From assembly GCA_964016885.1 (NCBI GenBank), contig OZ024755.1, forward strand, positions 15,066,001 through 15,130,000: a stretch of 64,000 nt of DNA, in the 5' to 3' direction. The notes beneath the pieces were generated by a model. The model made no database searches, was not told the origin of the DNA, and saw only the letters and a program-made list of their open reading frames with translations. This DNA is from Eledone cirrhosa. Its lineage: Eukaryota. Made by a program: the position numbers and the translations under genes. Positions 31,283-43,569 of the stretch are shown piece after piece (position 1 is the first letter of the stretch; every line of letters starts with the position of its first letter).

Positions 31283-31322
31283 TCTACCTCCGTATTGAGT
31301 AATCTTGTCTCTCAGCCGCCGT

Positions 31323-31372
<50 letters not shown>

Positions 31373-31412
31373 ACGGCGGCTGAGAGACAAGATTACTCAA
31401 TACGGAGGTAGA
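31283..31412. repeat. Perfect palindrome centred on (TA)n
   Basis: TCTACCTCCGTATTGAGTAATCTTGTCTCTCAGCCGCCGTATAC-(AT)n-exact reverse complement. Confidence 0.95.
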
Positions 31413-32418
31413 TCTTTAAATTATATATATAATCAAGGGCCTTCTCATTCCTTTGGGAAGTACACCTTTTTGCCGACACCCAACACCTTCCGTTTCGTTT
31501 TGATGATATCAGTTGTGGAAAGTCTAAAATAAATTTACTTTCTTTGCTCATCTCTGACCATCTGCGTCATTCTTCCTTGAAATTTGCGTTGATTTTACAG
31601 GTATTTTTCTCTCCGTATTAAATTCTATTTAAATAATCTTACCTTACGTAGAGTATAATAGAATCAACGTCTCATCATTCTGTACATTTATCATCATGAT
31701 ATCTAAGTGAGATGAACTTTTATTTAAAAGTATTAATTACATGTATATTTTCATATTTGGGAGAGTTACAAAATGCCTACATTCTGGCGCCATTTGCTAA
31801 TATTATATATTAACTTCATTCGTTTATTGAATCCGGTCTCCTCAGTTAAATCTTAAGTAATATATTCATATTCACGACTATTATATTCACATTTATTTTC
31901 AGATTATCCCAAGTCAGTTGTTTACATCTATAAGTTGGAAAGACATATCACATGAGTATGCGATATGTCTATAAGGTTGTATTTATATAGTTTATGAATA
32001 TTTACGCACATGGTGTGAACATTTATATTCGGCTCGTATACATCCGCTTCAATATCACGAGATATCGGCTTCAGCTTCACTACAAGTCATATTGATAAAT
32101 TATCTCCTACTATTGACTTCGGGTTGACCAATGATTTGCCAGTGAAATATGGAAGATGCAAACTGTGCGGAGGACATATACATATATATATATATAATGT
32201 TTATAACCTGTAAATGATGATAAGTATATTTACAGTTTCACTTTAATGTCGATATTTGGAGAGTTTGTGATATTCTGTATATTCTGTGAGTATTTACATT
32301 TTATGAGTAACCGTTATATTATAGTTTGATTTGCATTTAAGTTTCACGACAAAATATGAGTAAAATATTCCGTAGGTGACGACACCTTTTAGTGGATTAT
32401 AACATCTTTGGCTATGGT

Positions 32419-32452
32419 TCGACCTTTTGGTTAGGTATCAGTATAACATCTG
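32419..32452 (+). pseudogene. Possible decayed U2 snRNA 5' fragment
   Basis: TCGACCTTTTGGTTAGGTATCAGTATAACATCTG versus recalled U2 TCGGCCTTTTGGCTAAGATCAAGTGTAGTATCTG; substitutions are transitions after a gapped alignment. Confidence 0.35.
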
Positions 32453-32499
32453 ACTGAACAAAAGCGTTACGAATAATAATAATTACAACAATAATAATA

Positions 32500-32905
32500 A
32501 AGCAACAGCGTATAGAGGAACGCTAGATAAAGAGACTGAGATAAAATAATTAACTCAAACACTGGCATATACATGGGAATGAATGATCTAGACATGATTC
32601 AACACATCCAAAGACAGAGACAATTAGAAGTGAATACCACAAGCGGATTTGATTAATACTTAAGACAGATCTAAACGCATAAATTTATGGTAATAGGCAT
32701 CAATAAACTAACGAACCCAGTATTAAGCTATAGTTTTAAAGTTCTGAACTGGAAACTTAAACAACTAGAAGGAATGGACAGAAAAAAATAGAGAAATAAT
32801 GACTGTATTTAGAATACACCACACAAAATCAGATGTACGAAGATTACACCTACCACTGTCACAGCATATAAGTGACCTTATGCAACCAGAACACTATTAT
32901 AAAAT
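32500..32905 (+). mobile_element. R4/Dong-clade LINE fragment
   Basis: Frameshifted EYHKRI*LILKTDLN, GINKLTNPVLSYSFKVLNW, MDRK, HHTKSDVRRLHLP (R4/Dong pattern HPKSDVDRLYLPR); preceded by (AAT)n. Confidence 0.75.
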
Positions 32906-34412
32906 CATATATCTAATGAAGAATAATGAAATGTGAATACAAATAACAATGACACATGAACAAATCATTTCAATCATCAGAAAACACAGAACACGAGGCC
33001 AAAAGATGTGCAGAAAATTTAATCCAAATTGAAAACAAATGCTAACATACTATTAAAAGAAACATCCTGCGTGATTACGTCTAATTTTTATTTATCTCCC
33101 GTAAAATAGTGGTTCAACGCTACTAGTTCAACAAATAAATGTCAGACTTGCAACATTAAAGGAGTGATTGGATCATCCAAATCCATTTCAAATGATACCA
33201 CAGTATGACTGCTGTCTAATTGCTGTCATAAGTAAAATTCTATGAGATTAAAAGAAAATATTCGTTATCTCTTTTTCCATCACCGACGGCCTCAGCTTTA
33301 GTTTTGGGTGTCATATGTATTGTAGATGACATATCAGATATTAATTGTACTCATTGAAGGAGATTGGGGAACATGTCAACATTAAAGTTCTTTTCGATGT
33401 TTTAAGATGAGACCAATTTGAAGCTAAATTGAATTTCATCTTTAGATATTAAATACATAGAATTACATTTTCGTTCTTTATTATTGGCATGATGGTGATA
33501 ATTTAGAAATTATACATTTCCTTCAATTGTTTTATAACGGTTAACCTCGTAATTAGGCAGAAAGAGATCAGAGAAAGCAACTAATTTTGATTTCTTCCTC
33601 CGGGGAAATGTTTAATTATAAAATGAAATGATGTGGAATAAGCATGTTTTGCAGTGCATTATAAAAGCATTTTATATCAAAGGTCATTAAAATTAAGAAT
33701 ATTATATTAATAACATGTTATTCATTAAAAATTATTTGAGAAGGCGTTGAATGTTGACTATTAGATTAAAGCCTCCAGCTGGTAGGTTGGCATTCAGGTG
33801 TGTGTTATTATTATTGATTGACTGACAGAGATGGAATGCTAAATTTCACTATTGAAGTACAGAAAGACATTATCCTAATACATTTTGCGATATACACATT
33901 ATTATATTTTTCTAAAAAATAAAGTAAAATGCTAACAAAAGAACTGCGCAACATATTTCCATCAACTTTTAGGGATGCCGACTTTTAGCAGATTATAACT
34001 AACTGCAATTTAGGGAGAAATATAATGTTTAAAAAATGTATTGTTCTTTGAAATCATAACGTTAATATTCTACTGTTATTATGACCATTTATTCTATAGC
34101 TCTAGGCTCCTAAGATTGATACCATGTTATACCAATAGCACGTTAATATTAATGATATAAGGTTATTTTAAATATGAATGCTTCATTGCTCTAACTTCGC
34201 CATGTGTTTTGAACTGAAGGATAGGTTATCATTTCCAAGTAATAAGTTATTAAGTGCTTAACATGTCTTTTGTAGAAATGTGTATGCAGTATTGACGTTA
34301 AATGCACATTACCCATACTCGCATTCATGTTATGTGATGTCACTTGTACGTTTACAGATATCAGCATCAGTGGATATAACCAATTAAATCACATTAAAGA
34401 CATATTAGATGA

Positions 34413-34615
34413 TACGAGGGTCGACAGAAAAGTTCATTGGCTGACTAAGAAGGAGTGATGCTAGAGCTGTGGAATCATGCATACATTAATTTCACCTCAT
34501 CTTATTAATAACTAGAGTTATTAATAACTAGGGACTATGTAGAACAATAAATCTCCTTTGATCATTCCGTGAGGGTGTCCTGTTTAGCCTATGAACGTTT
34601 CAGTGGACAATCGTA
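34413..34615. mobile_element. Mariner-type MITE
   Basis: TA-CGAGGGTCGACAGAAAAGTTCATTGGCTGA ... TTAGCCTATGAACGTTTCAGTGGACAATCG-TA: about 30 bp imperfect TIRs with TA flanks. Confidence 0.75.
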
Positions 34616-34840
34616 TATCATATTGGATTGAAAGTAAATATGATTAATGAAATCTTAAACAAATGTATGAATTCCCTTCGGCATACATATGATACATACG
34701 CCGAATCAATTAAAGGTAAATATTCAAATCTTCATATAATGTAGTAATACTTTAAATAGAATACTGAAATACTCACAATATTTATTTTAAAGCATAGAGA
34801 CGGAAACAATTACATATAATCTTTACATACAGATACCCAA

Positions 34841-34889
<49 letters not shown>

Positions 34890-35259
34890 GAGAGAAGGAG
34901 AGAGAAAACGACAGAGAGAGAGATCGCGGAAGGGAGATAATATATATAAAAATGGACATATATACATATGTATATGTACGCATATATATGTACACACGCA
35001 ACTCCATATATATATACATATACATATAAACATGTGTATGTGTGTGGTTACTTTAACTCATAATCATAAATGATTTTTTTTTTTAACTGGGGAATATAAC
35101 ATTTGGCTCCTACTAAATTAATTATTATTACCTTACCTTTATGAAGATAATGTGTTATTATTGATTATTCAGCCATAAACGTAGTGCCCTTTTTACTGAC
35201 GTAAAAATACTAATGTATTCAGCCTATAAGAAGGGCCCCTTAAGGAATAAACTAATAAT

Positions 35260-35445
35260 TGTTTCAACTTTGGGCACAAGGCCAGCAATTACCCAGTGTA
35301 TTACTGGTACTTTATTTTATCGACCCCCATATGGATGAAAGGCAAAGTTAACCTCGGCGGGATTTGAACTCAGAATGACAAGGGCCGTACTTCTATGCGT
35401 CAAAGCATGGCGTCCGACACTACCGATACTGCCAATCCACCGCCC
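35260..35445 (-). mobile_element. Full-length SINE with 19 bp TSD
   Basis: TAAGGAATAAACTAATAAT at 35241-35259 and 35446-35464; A and B boxes on the minus strand. Confidence 0.9.
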
Positions 35446-35592
35446 TAAGGAATAAACTAATAATGATTTATAGTATAGCCAAAAGTCTAGTAATTTTTTT
35501 TTTGGGGGGGGGGGATTCGATTAAATCAACCCCAGTATGTTACTGGTGCTTTATTTTATCGACCTGTAAGGATGAAAGGCAAATTTAAATTC

Positions 35593-35789
35593 GGCGCTGG
35601 ATTGGCAGTATCGGTAGAGCGTCGGACTGCATGCTTTGACGCATATAGTTACAGCCCTTGCCTTTCTGAGTTTAAATCCCTCTGCGGTTAACTTTGCCTT
35701 TCATCCTTACGTGGTAGATAAAATAAAGTACCAGTAATGTACGGGGTAATTGCTAGCCTTGTGCCAAAAGTTGAAACAATTATTATTAT

Positions 35790-35793
<4 letters not shown>
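35593..35793 (+). mobile_element. Full-length SINE
   Basis: GGATTGGCAGTATCGGTAGAG head, GAGTTTAAATCC B-box-like motif, (ATT)n tail. Confidence 0.85.
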
Positions 35794-35838
<45 letters not shown>

Positions 35839-36065
35839 TATATACATATACATGTATATATATACATATATATATACATATATATATATACACACATACT
35901 TATATACATATACATGTATATATATACATATATATATACATATATATATATATGTATATTTAAATATATATGCATATAGATATATATACATACGTATACA
36001 TATATATATACATACGTATACATATATATATACATACGTATACATATATATATACATACATATAC

Positions 36066-36127
<62 letters not shown>

Positions 36128-36291
36128 ATACATATATATATATATATATATACTCTGGTATACATGTGTATAAATATGTACATGTACATATATATACATA
36201 TGTATACATGTGTATATATATACATATATATACATGTATATATATACATATATATACATATATATACATGTATATATATGCCTGTGTGTGG

Positions 36292-36344
<53 letters not shown>

Positions 36345-36370
36345 CGTGTGCGTGTGTATGTATGTATATA
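35794..36370. repeat. Compound TA array
   Basis: Direct reading. Confidence 0.95.
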
Positions 36371-37153
36371 ATTACGAATAAATAAACCAATCCCCAAAAT
36401 GAATGAAAAATAAATAAATAAAGTTAACTATGCAGGTATTTATATCATTTTCGTTTATAACATTTTCAAAAAGAAAATTAAGGTAAAATAGCATTTGGGG
36501 AGATTTTTAAACGTAGAACCTTTTTCATTAGTGTGATTCCAAATCTGATTTCACAATTTTATCTCTTGAAACCAGTAGTAGAAATAAATAAATAAATAAA
36601 TACATAAATACCAAAAAATAAAAGAACATCAATGATATTTCAACAAGCAAAATAAAATAAATGAAAAATACAGAAACATGATATTCGTAGTGTGTGAATA
36701 ATTATTATGAAGTATTGTTCACATCCATGAAAATACGATTGCACTTCAACGAAATATTACTTCTATCATACTTAACAGATTATTGAACATGATTTTTTTA
36801 ACGTGAATTTCTGGTAATGTCAAAATAAGAGAAGGAAGATTATGAAAAAATGTCGGCATGTCACGATAACTTCAGTATACCCGAACTTCAGTATACTTTA
36901 TAAGAGAAAAAACAAAACATAAAACATGCCCTTATCTGGCGTATCTTTTTCAATGACTTCGTGAGTAAATATGTACATAGTGTACGTACATGTGTCATGA
37001 ACTCGAAATATATGCAATGCACTTTTGGGAAAATATATCTTCATATATATAACTATTTTGTCTCAGATACGCATTACTTTAAAATCCTGGTAGTAAATAT
37101 ATGGTTACTCTTGTGAAATTGTATGTATTGCGATTTTTGTGTCAAACATTTAA

Positions 37154-37220
<67 letters not shown>

Positions 37221-37327
37221 TATAGAAATTTCGTATTTCGAAAGAAATAAAGTTTTAGGAAGCCTTAGCTACACGAACACCGGGGAGCTATCGCCCTCTG
37301 GTGTGGTCCAGCAGAAGGAAGGGGGAC

Positions 37328-37373
37328 AACCGTCTATGCATTTAAGGCTTGACTGGCCATCGTCAGGACGATC
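37328..37373 (-). ncRNA. Minimal type I hammerhead motif with a G12 substitution
   Basis: GATCGTC-CTGACGA-TGGC cagtcaa GCCT-TAA-ATGCAT-A-GACGGTT: stem I pairs, stem III is palindromic, GAA is changed to TAA. Confidence 0.6.
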
Positions 37374-38439
37374 CCTCCCACTGCCCTGCGATTGCTGGAC
37401 TTTAAAACAGCCGAGAATATATAGTTTTCTCGTCTGTGTAAATGAGGTGATTGATGTATGTATGTATGTATGTATGTATGTGTGTATGTATGTGCGTGTG
37501 TGTTCATGAATGGAACAAAAGCACCATCCACGGTTTCAGGAGATTATACGAGTATGAACATAATTAAATAATACAATATTTCTGATCAGCACTGTTTTTC
37601 TTTTTCACACCTATGGATATTACTACATACACACAATATATATATATATATATTAGGTTATGCAAGAAATGCTTAGGATTATCCTGAATGCAGTAATGTT
37701 TAATTACTACACTAGATATAGTCGATGTACGGTCAGGGGTTACTCAACGAGTTACAAAAAAACAGTTAAAGAAACTTGGTTTTCGATTCTTTCATATTCC
37801 GGAATGTAGATAAAGAATGATTAACAAAACAGATAGACATCATAAAAAGGCAATTTAATCCAAGTGTTTACAAATGTGTCTTTAGTAGTTACACAGCCTA
37901 GTCATGCTATATGCAAATTAGTAGTTATTAATTTGCAGATACTCCATTTTCAAATGCTGCTCGTACTACCAAATCGTCAGAACAAATGGTTGAATCATGG
38001 TTTCTTTATATTTCTTAAAGGGAGTAATTGGAGAAGATAGAGTAGAAAAGGAAGAGAGAAAGAAAGGGAGAGGGAGAGATAGATATGTAGGGGTAGGAGA
38101 AATGGGAGAGAGAGGTTTGAAGAATACAGATAGTTTGATTTAAATGCTATGACAGGGATACAAGTGGTTTCATTATACTGCTTACTCTCAAAGAGATAAC
38201 GTAGGCATTTATTGCCACAGAGGGCAGGTTAATAGATGTGGAGAAGGAGGGAGATAGACAGAGAGCGAGAGAGAAGGGATAGAAAAAAGGTTAAGAGAAG
38301 GGGAAGGAAAGGCGATATACACTGAGTTGATAGTTGTAGTTTGCTGATCGTACTAAAGTATACATTTATTACGGTACGTAAGTTACTGATTAGTAGGGGG
38401 GGGGGATATATTTAGCATGTAAGTAATGAGTTAAATTAG

Positions 38440-39772
38440 TTAGCGAGAAAGTAATAGTCTCGGTTTCAAGTTACTTTCATAGTGAGAAAAGTTAGCATTC
38501 AGTTTGTGTTTGCAGTATAACGATCGTTCGATTCTGTCATTTAGTAAATTGTTTTTAGATTTCAAGATATAAAAAAGTTCAAGGTTGCATAATCTGCAAT
38601 ATGCACTAGCGCTGGATAATTTATCCCATTTTAGGTTGAACTGCTGGTTGTGTTCGCGGAGTTGCCAAGTCTTATTAGCGAGTGTAGTTACATAGCGGTG
38701 TTCAGGATGTTTAATCGAAAATCGATGACGATACCAGCATGATTTAAAGGAGGTAGTAGTAGACCCGACGTAATACTATTTCTGGTCGTTTCATTCGACA
38801 GTTCATTGATAAACAATGTTGGGCTCCAGGCATTTATTCTGCAATGGGCATCTCTCGGGTAGGTGATAATTACAGTTTTTGTTATGGGTAAATATCTGTT
38901 CCATGGATAGGTTGGGATAACAGTACAGGTGGGTTTCGTAATACTCGTTTCACATTTGGTGGTTGGGAAGTTGATATTACGTTATGCCCATATGTGTCTA
39001 AAATATTTTATTTTGTAGTGTTGTTTAATAATAGCTTTAAGTTAAGTTTTTTTTATGTGTGCTTCTAGGTTTGATGCAGTGGAGTATGATAGCTTAATAG
39101 CCTTAGAGTTTAAAATGTTACTGTATTTATGGGAATTAGGGAAATGCTTGTTAATTAACTTAAAGAATAAAAGAGATAGTTTTGTACTAATCGAAGCATT
39201 AAAAATGGGATTATACCAGACATACTTCCTGAAACGTAATTTGCTTGAGTTTGGTGATGATTTTTTTATTATTAGTATGTCTGGTGGTACTGCATGTGTG
39301 TGTTTGTATGCCTGTGCCCCGGTTACATATTCTTCGATTCTGTGCGTTGCTATGTGTGCTCTGGTGATTCTTATCAATGTATTCTATTTTATCCCAGTGG
39401 TCGGCATTTCCCAGTGCGCTATTATAGTATTCTGCATGTTCGCTGAAAATCTGAGAGTTAGACGTTAGGCGAGAAATTCTAAGATAAATACTACGAGGAA
39501 CCGATTTAATCATGGAAAGTGGGTGAGTCGAGTTGTAATTAATATAGGTAAGGTTCTCGTTTTTCTTGTGGAAGGGTCGTATCAATGCTGTGTTCAAATT
39601 AAGAGTTACGTCTAGAAAATTAGCAGTTATCAAATTTGATAATAGTTTTCCTGGCCTCTAGAATCATATTAATTTCGCCCTCCGTTAGATCTGAATTGAT
39701 CTTAGCAAACGATAGGGCCTTACGTAAAGTACTGGGTGAGATCGAAGAGTAGTATTCATCTATATCGAATTG
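38440..39772 (-). mobile_element. Penelope-like retroelement (Naiad-like), 5'-truncated, internally deleted pseudo-ORF
   Basis: [19 protein letters not shown]...STHP, RKYVWYNP...KHFP...LSYS, CN(Y)x5CPLQNKC, IVYQ...YYVGST...FK...H (GIY-YIG), CRLCNLE, CKH; stops and frameshifts; 5' end abuts (TA)n. Confidence 0.9.
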
Positions 39773-39783
39773 TATATATATAT

Positions 39784-39880
<97 letters not shown>

Positions 39881-40150
39881 GGCATATATTTGCGATCTAT
39901 AAATCTATGTACGGAATTAAGTTGTAAATCATTAAAATACTAATAATTGTTGTCGTTAATTATTGATTTGTAAAAGAAATTATTACTTCAAATTTGTTTT
40001 CAAATTTATTATTGCCTAGTCACCCCTCTGACAGTTAAATTAAACTGTATCCTTTGCTTGATTGAGCAATTAAAATCTATCACCGCTGCCAAATTAAGAC
40101 ACAGATCTTATTGCAATACATATACACAAATCAAAAAGTCCTTAAATAAC

Positions 40151-41000
40151 TGGATGAGAAAATTTAGAGAGACAGATGCCGTGTAGCATAAACCACGACC
40201 TGGAAGACTAAGTATAATCGATGAAATTTTAGCATCCGTAGAAAGTCCGCGTAAATCAAAATAATGGGTGTCTTTAGATCTGAGTGTTTCAAAATTAAAG
40301 GTGCGTAAAATTCTACAAACGAAACCTCACATGAAAGCCTACAAAATCCAACTGCATCAAATGTCGCTAAAAGAGGAATAATACGCACGATTGGGTTCTT
40401 TCGTCAAACCAAGGAAAAACGTGTCAACGTTGTTTCATTTAATGTTTTTCTATGAAGAAACATTTCGCATTAGTGGTAAATTCAATAAGCGTAACAGTCG
40501 CACAGTGACCTCTCAAAAGCTATGGGAATTTGAGAGCAAGAATAAGATTCTCTGGTGCGTTTTAGGAAACTATGTTTCATGAAACGTCGGCTATTATTGA
40601 ATGTTTTGCTTATTAGGCCCATGTTGATCAGAAACGTACATATTTATAAATATTGCAATATTAGTTTATACTTGAACTGCACCCATTAGAACTGATATGA
40701 GATTTATAAAGTTTCAAGAAAAATATGTATCTTGTTACATTGCTCCCAAATCTAGGGAGTTCATGAATGAAACATTTCCTCACAAATGGTTTGGAAGAAG
40801 ATTGTCTATCTCTTGGAAGCCATACCATTTGACTACTGTTTATTCATGTAAATATCGTTGAGCACCTATAAATCACATGCGGACAGGGATTATTAATGTC
40901 ATTCATAAATCATGTTAGAACTGAAAATCATTCGTTAAATGAATTTCTAGAACTCCATGTTTGTATTAAGGTTTGCATACGTAATATTGGTGAGTATTTT
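40151..41000 (+). mobile_element. Tc1/mariner-superfamily transposase remnant
   Basis: WMRKFRETDAV*HKPRPGR...SPRKS...HMKAYKIQL...FFYEETFRISGKFN (FSDEATF-like) and FMNETFPHKWFGR; multiple stops. Confidence 0.8.
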
Positions 41001-41167
41001 AAAAATAAACAATGAAATGAACATATACTCTTAATTCTACCTAATATATCAGAAAATATACAAATATAATATACACGAGTCCTTTAATAGGGGTCTCTAT
41101 ATTTTTCTCTCTCTATTTATATATATGTATATATATATGTGTGTGTGTCTGTGACAGAGAGAGAGTG

Positions 41168-41199
<32 letters not shown>

Positions 41200-41742
41200 A
41201 TGATCATTCATTTTATGAGGAAATACATTTTTAAAAAAATGTACAGATGTACATGAGTTTTGCCTGTAATTGCTATTACTAAGTAATAGGTTTTAAGGTG
41301 AAAAAGAAAACTATGATCAATAATTGTAGTTTAAATATTTATGTAGGATTCTATAATAATTTTGTGAGAAAGACATGAGTGAAGTGTTATAAATGGATTC
41401 ATGTTTAGATGAGAAAACTCTATATTTTACCACATTTCGTGTTAAGCATATAATGGACGGGAAAATGAAAAGATAGTAAAGGAAATGAAAAAATAGGTGA
41501 GATAGAAAAAAACGATGTCTAGTGAATGATATTATAAAATATAAATGATATTAGTGATGTATAAATTAGAGTGTTATAAAATTACTATAGGTTTATAAGA
41601 TGGTATGAAATTTTGTGCGAGGTGCAATAAGAATAATCGTATACATATATGGGGAAAGTTAAATAGAAAACATAACGTGTCTAGATTACATATATTTTGC
41701 TGTCTGAATAATTGTATCTTCCGTTGTCAACCGCAAACACGC

Positions 41743-41743
<1 letters not shown>

Positions 41744-41778
<35 letters not shown>

Positions 41779-41998
41779 GTATGTATGTATGTATGTATGT
41801 ATGTATGTATGTATGTATGTATGTATGTATGTATGTATGTATGTATGTATGTATGTATGTATGTATGTATGTATGTATGTATGTATGTATGTATGTATGT
41901 ATGTATGTATGTATGTATGTATGTATGTATGTATGTATGTATGTGTGTGTGTGTGTGTGCGTGTGTGTGTGTGTGCGTGTGCGTTTCTCTCTCTCTCT
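41744..41998. repeat. (GATA)n-(ATGT)n-(GT)n-(CT)n compound microsatellite
   Basis: Long pure ATGT run of about 165 bp. Confidence 0.95.
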
Positions 41999-42506
41999 TC
42001 TTTAGAAGCTTTAAGGAAGGTAGAAAAGTAGATATTTTCTTTCGCTCACTTTGTTGTGTTACCAGGTCGAGAAGCTGCTATAAAAGAAACTATATTTATG
42101 CATTGCTTCGTTGAGTAAGTGTGTGTTACGTTGTTCTGAAGACGGCTGTTGTGAATGTAGAGATTTTGAGAAGATTTTCAGTTTGAAGAGCCATATTCAG
42201 TTAAAAACGTGAATTTGGAGCTGCCTAATCATATACTAAAACATAAACTACGTTTTTCTTCCTCAAAGTAAGGTTTCGTTTACTGATATTTCATTAAATG
42301 TGTCGTTGTCCTTATTATACACATAGCCGTTGTTTTATGAGATAGAAACAGAACAACATTCAGATCACCAATGCGCCACTTGAGAGTTTAAAGATCTGCA
42401 TGCTGTTCTTCGACATTTACTATAGAGCAGCTATTACATGATATTGATTGCTGTGCAGGAAACATATATTAACTGACACACACATACAGACATTATAGAT
42501 ATATAA

Positions 42507-42693
42507 CGGTGGATTGGCAGTATCGGAAGAGGGTCAGGCGCCATGCTTTCCAGCATAGTTACGTCCCTTTACGATCTGAGTTCAAATCCCGCCGAGGTTG
42601 ACTTTGCCTTTCATCCTTACGGGGTCGATAAAATAAAGTACCAGTAATGCACTGGGTAATTTGCTGGCCTTGCGCCTAAAGTAGAAACAATTA
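42507..42693 (+). mobile_element. Full-length tRNA-derived SINE
   Basis: A-box TGGCAGTATCGG, B-box GAGTTCAAATCC, CTTTCATCCTTACGGGGTCGATAAAATAAAGTACCAG; ends at (TA)n. Confidence 0.85.
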
Positions 42694-43569
42694 TATATAT
42701 ATATATATTCTTGTATTCCCTGGTGTTGATACACACCTCTACAAAACGCTCACTAACACATTTGAATCGTTGACAGTTTCATTGTAGCAAAATATCTGAA
42801 TAATATTTTTTTCCTGAACAAAGGAGGCCATTTATATGTTAAACTGTCTTTCCGGTAAAATTAGAACTGTCCAGTCCTTAGTCGGATACTTTCCCTTCGC
42901 TATGGTTACTATAGGTTTATGTTGAGTTTTTATTATTTACAGCAATACTGTGCGGTTCTTATCTAGAGTCCTTTTAGTCGCTGTGAAATGATTTTATTCT
43001 ATTTTATGAAACCTTCAAACTTTTATTAAATTAAAAGCCAAGATTTATGACCAGGACATCGAAGCATTCTCAGCTATGATTTAAAAACCAACACTCGCAT
43101 TTACTATAACAAAAGTTATCTAAATTCATTTTTTCTTTTGTGTAATTTTGTGTATAATAAATTATGTAGCTCCTATATTCTCAATTATTTCATTTTCTAA
43201 AACTAAATATCATTCTTCAGATTGAATATTTCAGCACTCTGATCTAAATGCTTGCCGGAGTACCTTACCACTATTACGTACATCTAACAGCATCATAATC
43301 CCTTCCTAAATACTACTAATACATCTACTACTACTACTTATACTACTACTACTACTACTACTATGTATACTACTACTACTACTACAGCTACTACTAATCT
43401 GTCCTCAGGTTTATCACACCTATCATTACTGCCACGACCAATCACATCAAAAATGATCATTACCATGACTACCACCAGAAACAACGCCTCCATCACCTTT
43501 AGCACCTTCCACAGATCCCGGAGGAAAAAGCAAAATTCCGAAATAAGGATAAGAAGGTATTAAGGGAGA

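Noticed and set aside
33200-33380. Possible hAT transposase trace (TPKTKAEAVG) on the minus strand
   Set aside because: Too short and degenerate to support by eye
38776-38805. In-frame TGA codons in the PLE endonuclease as selenocysteine (described for some Naiads)
   Set aside because: A TAG and frameshifts are also present, the conserved cysteines use TGT/TGC, and no SECIS was recognised; decay is the simpler explanation
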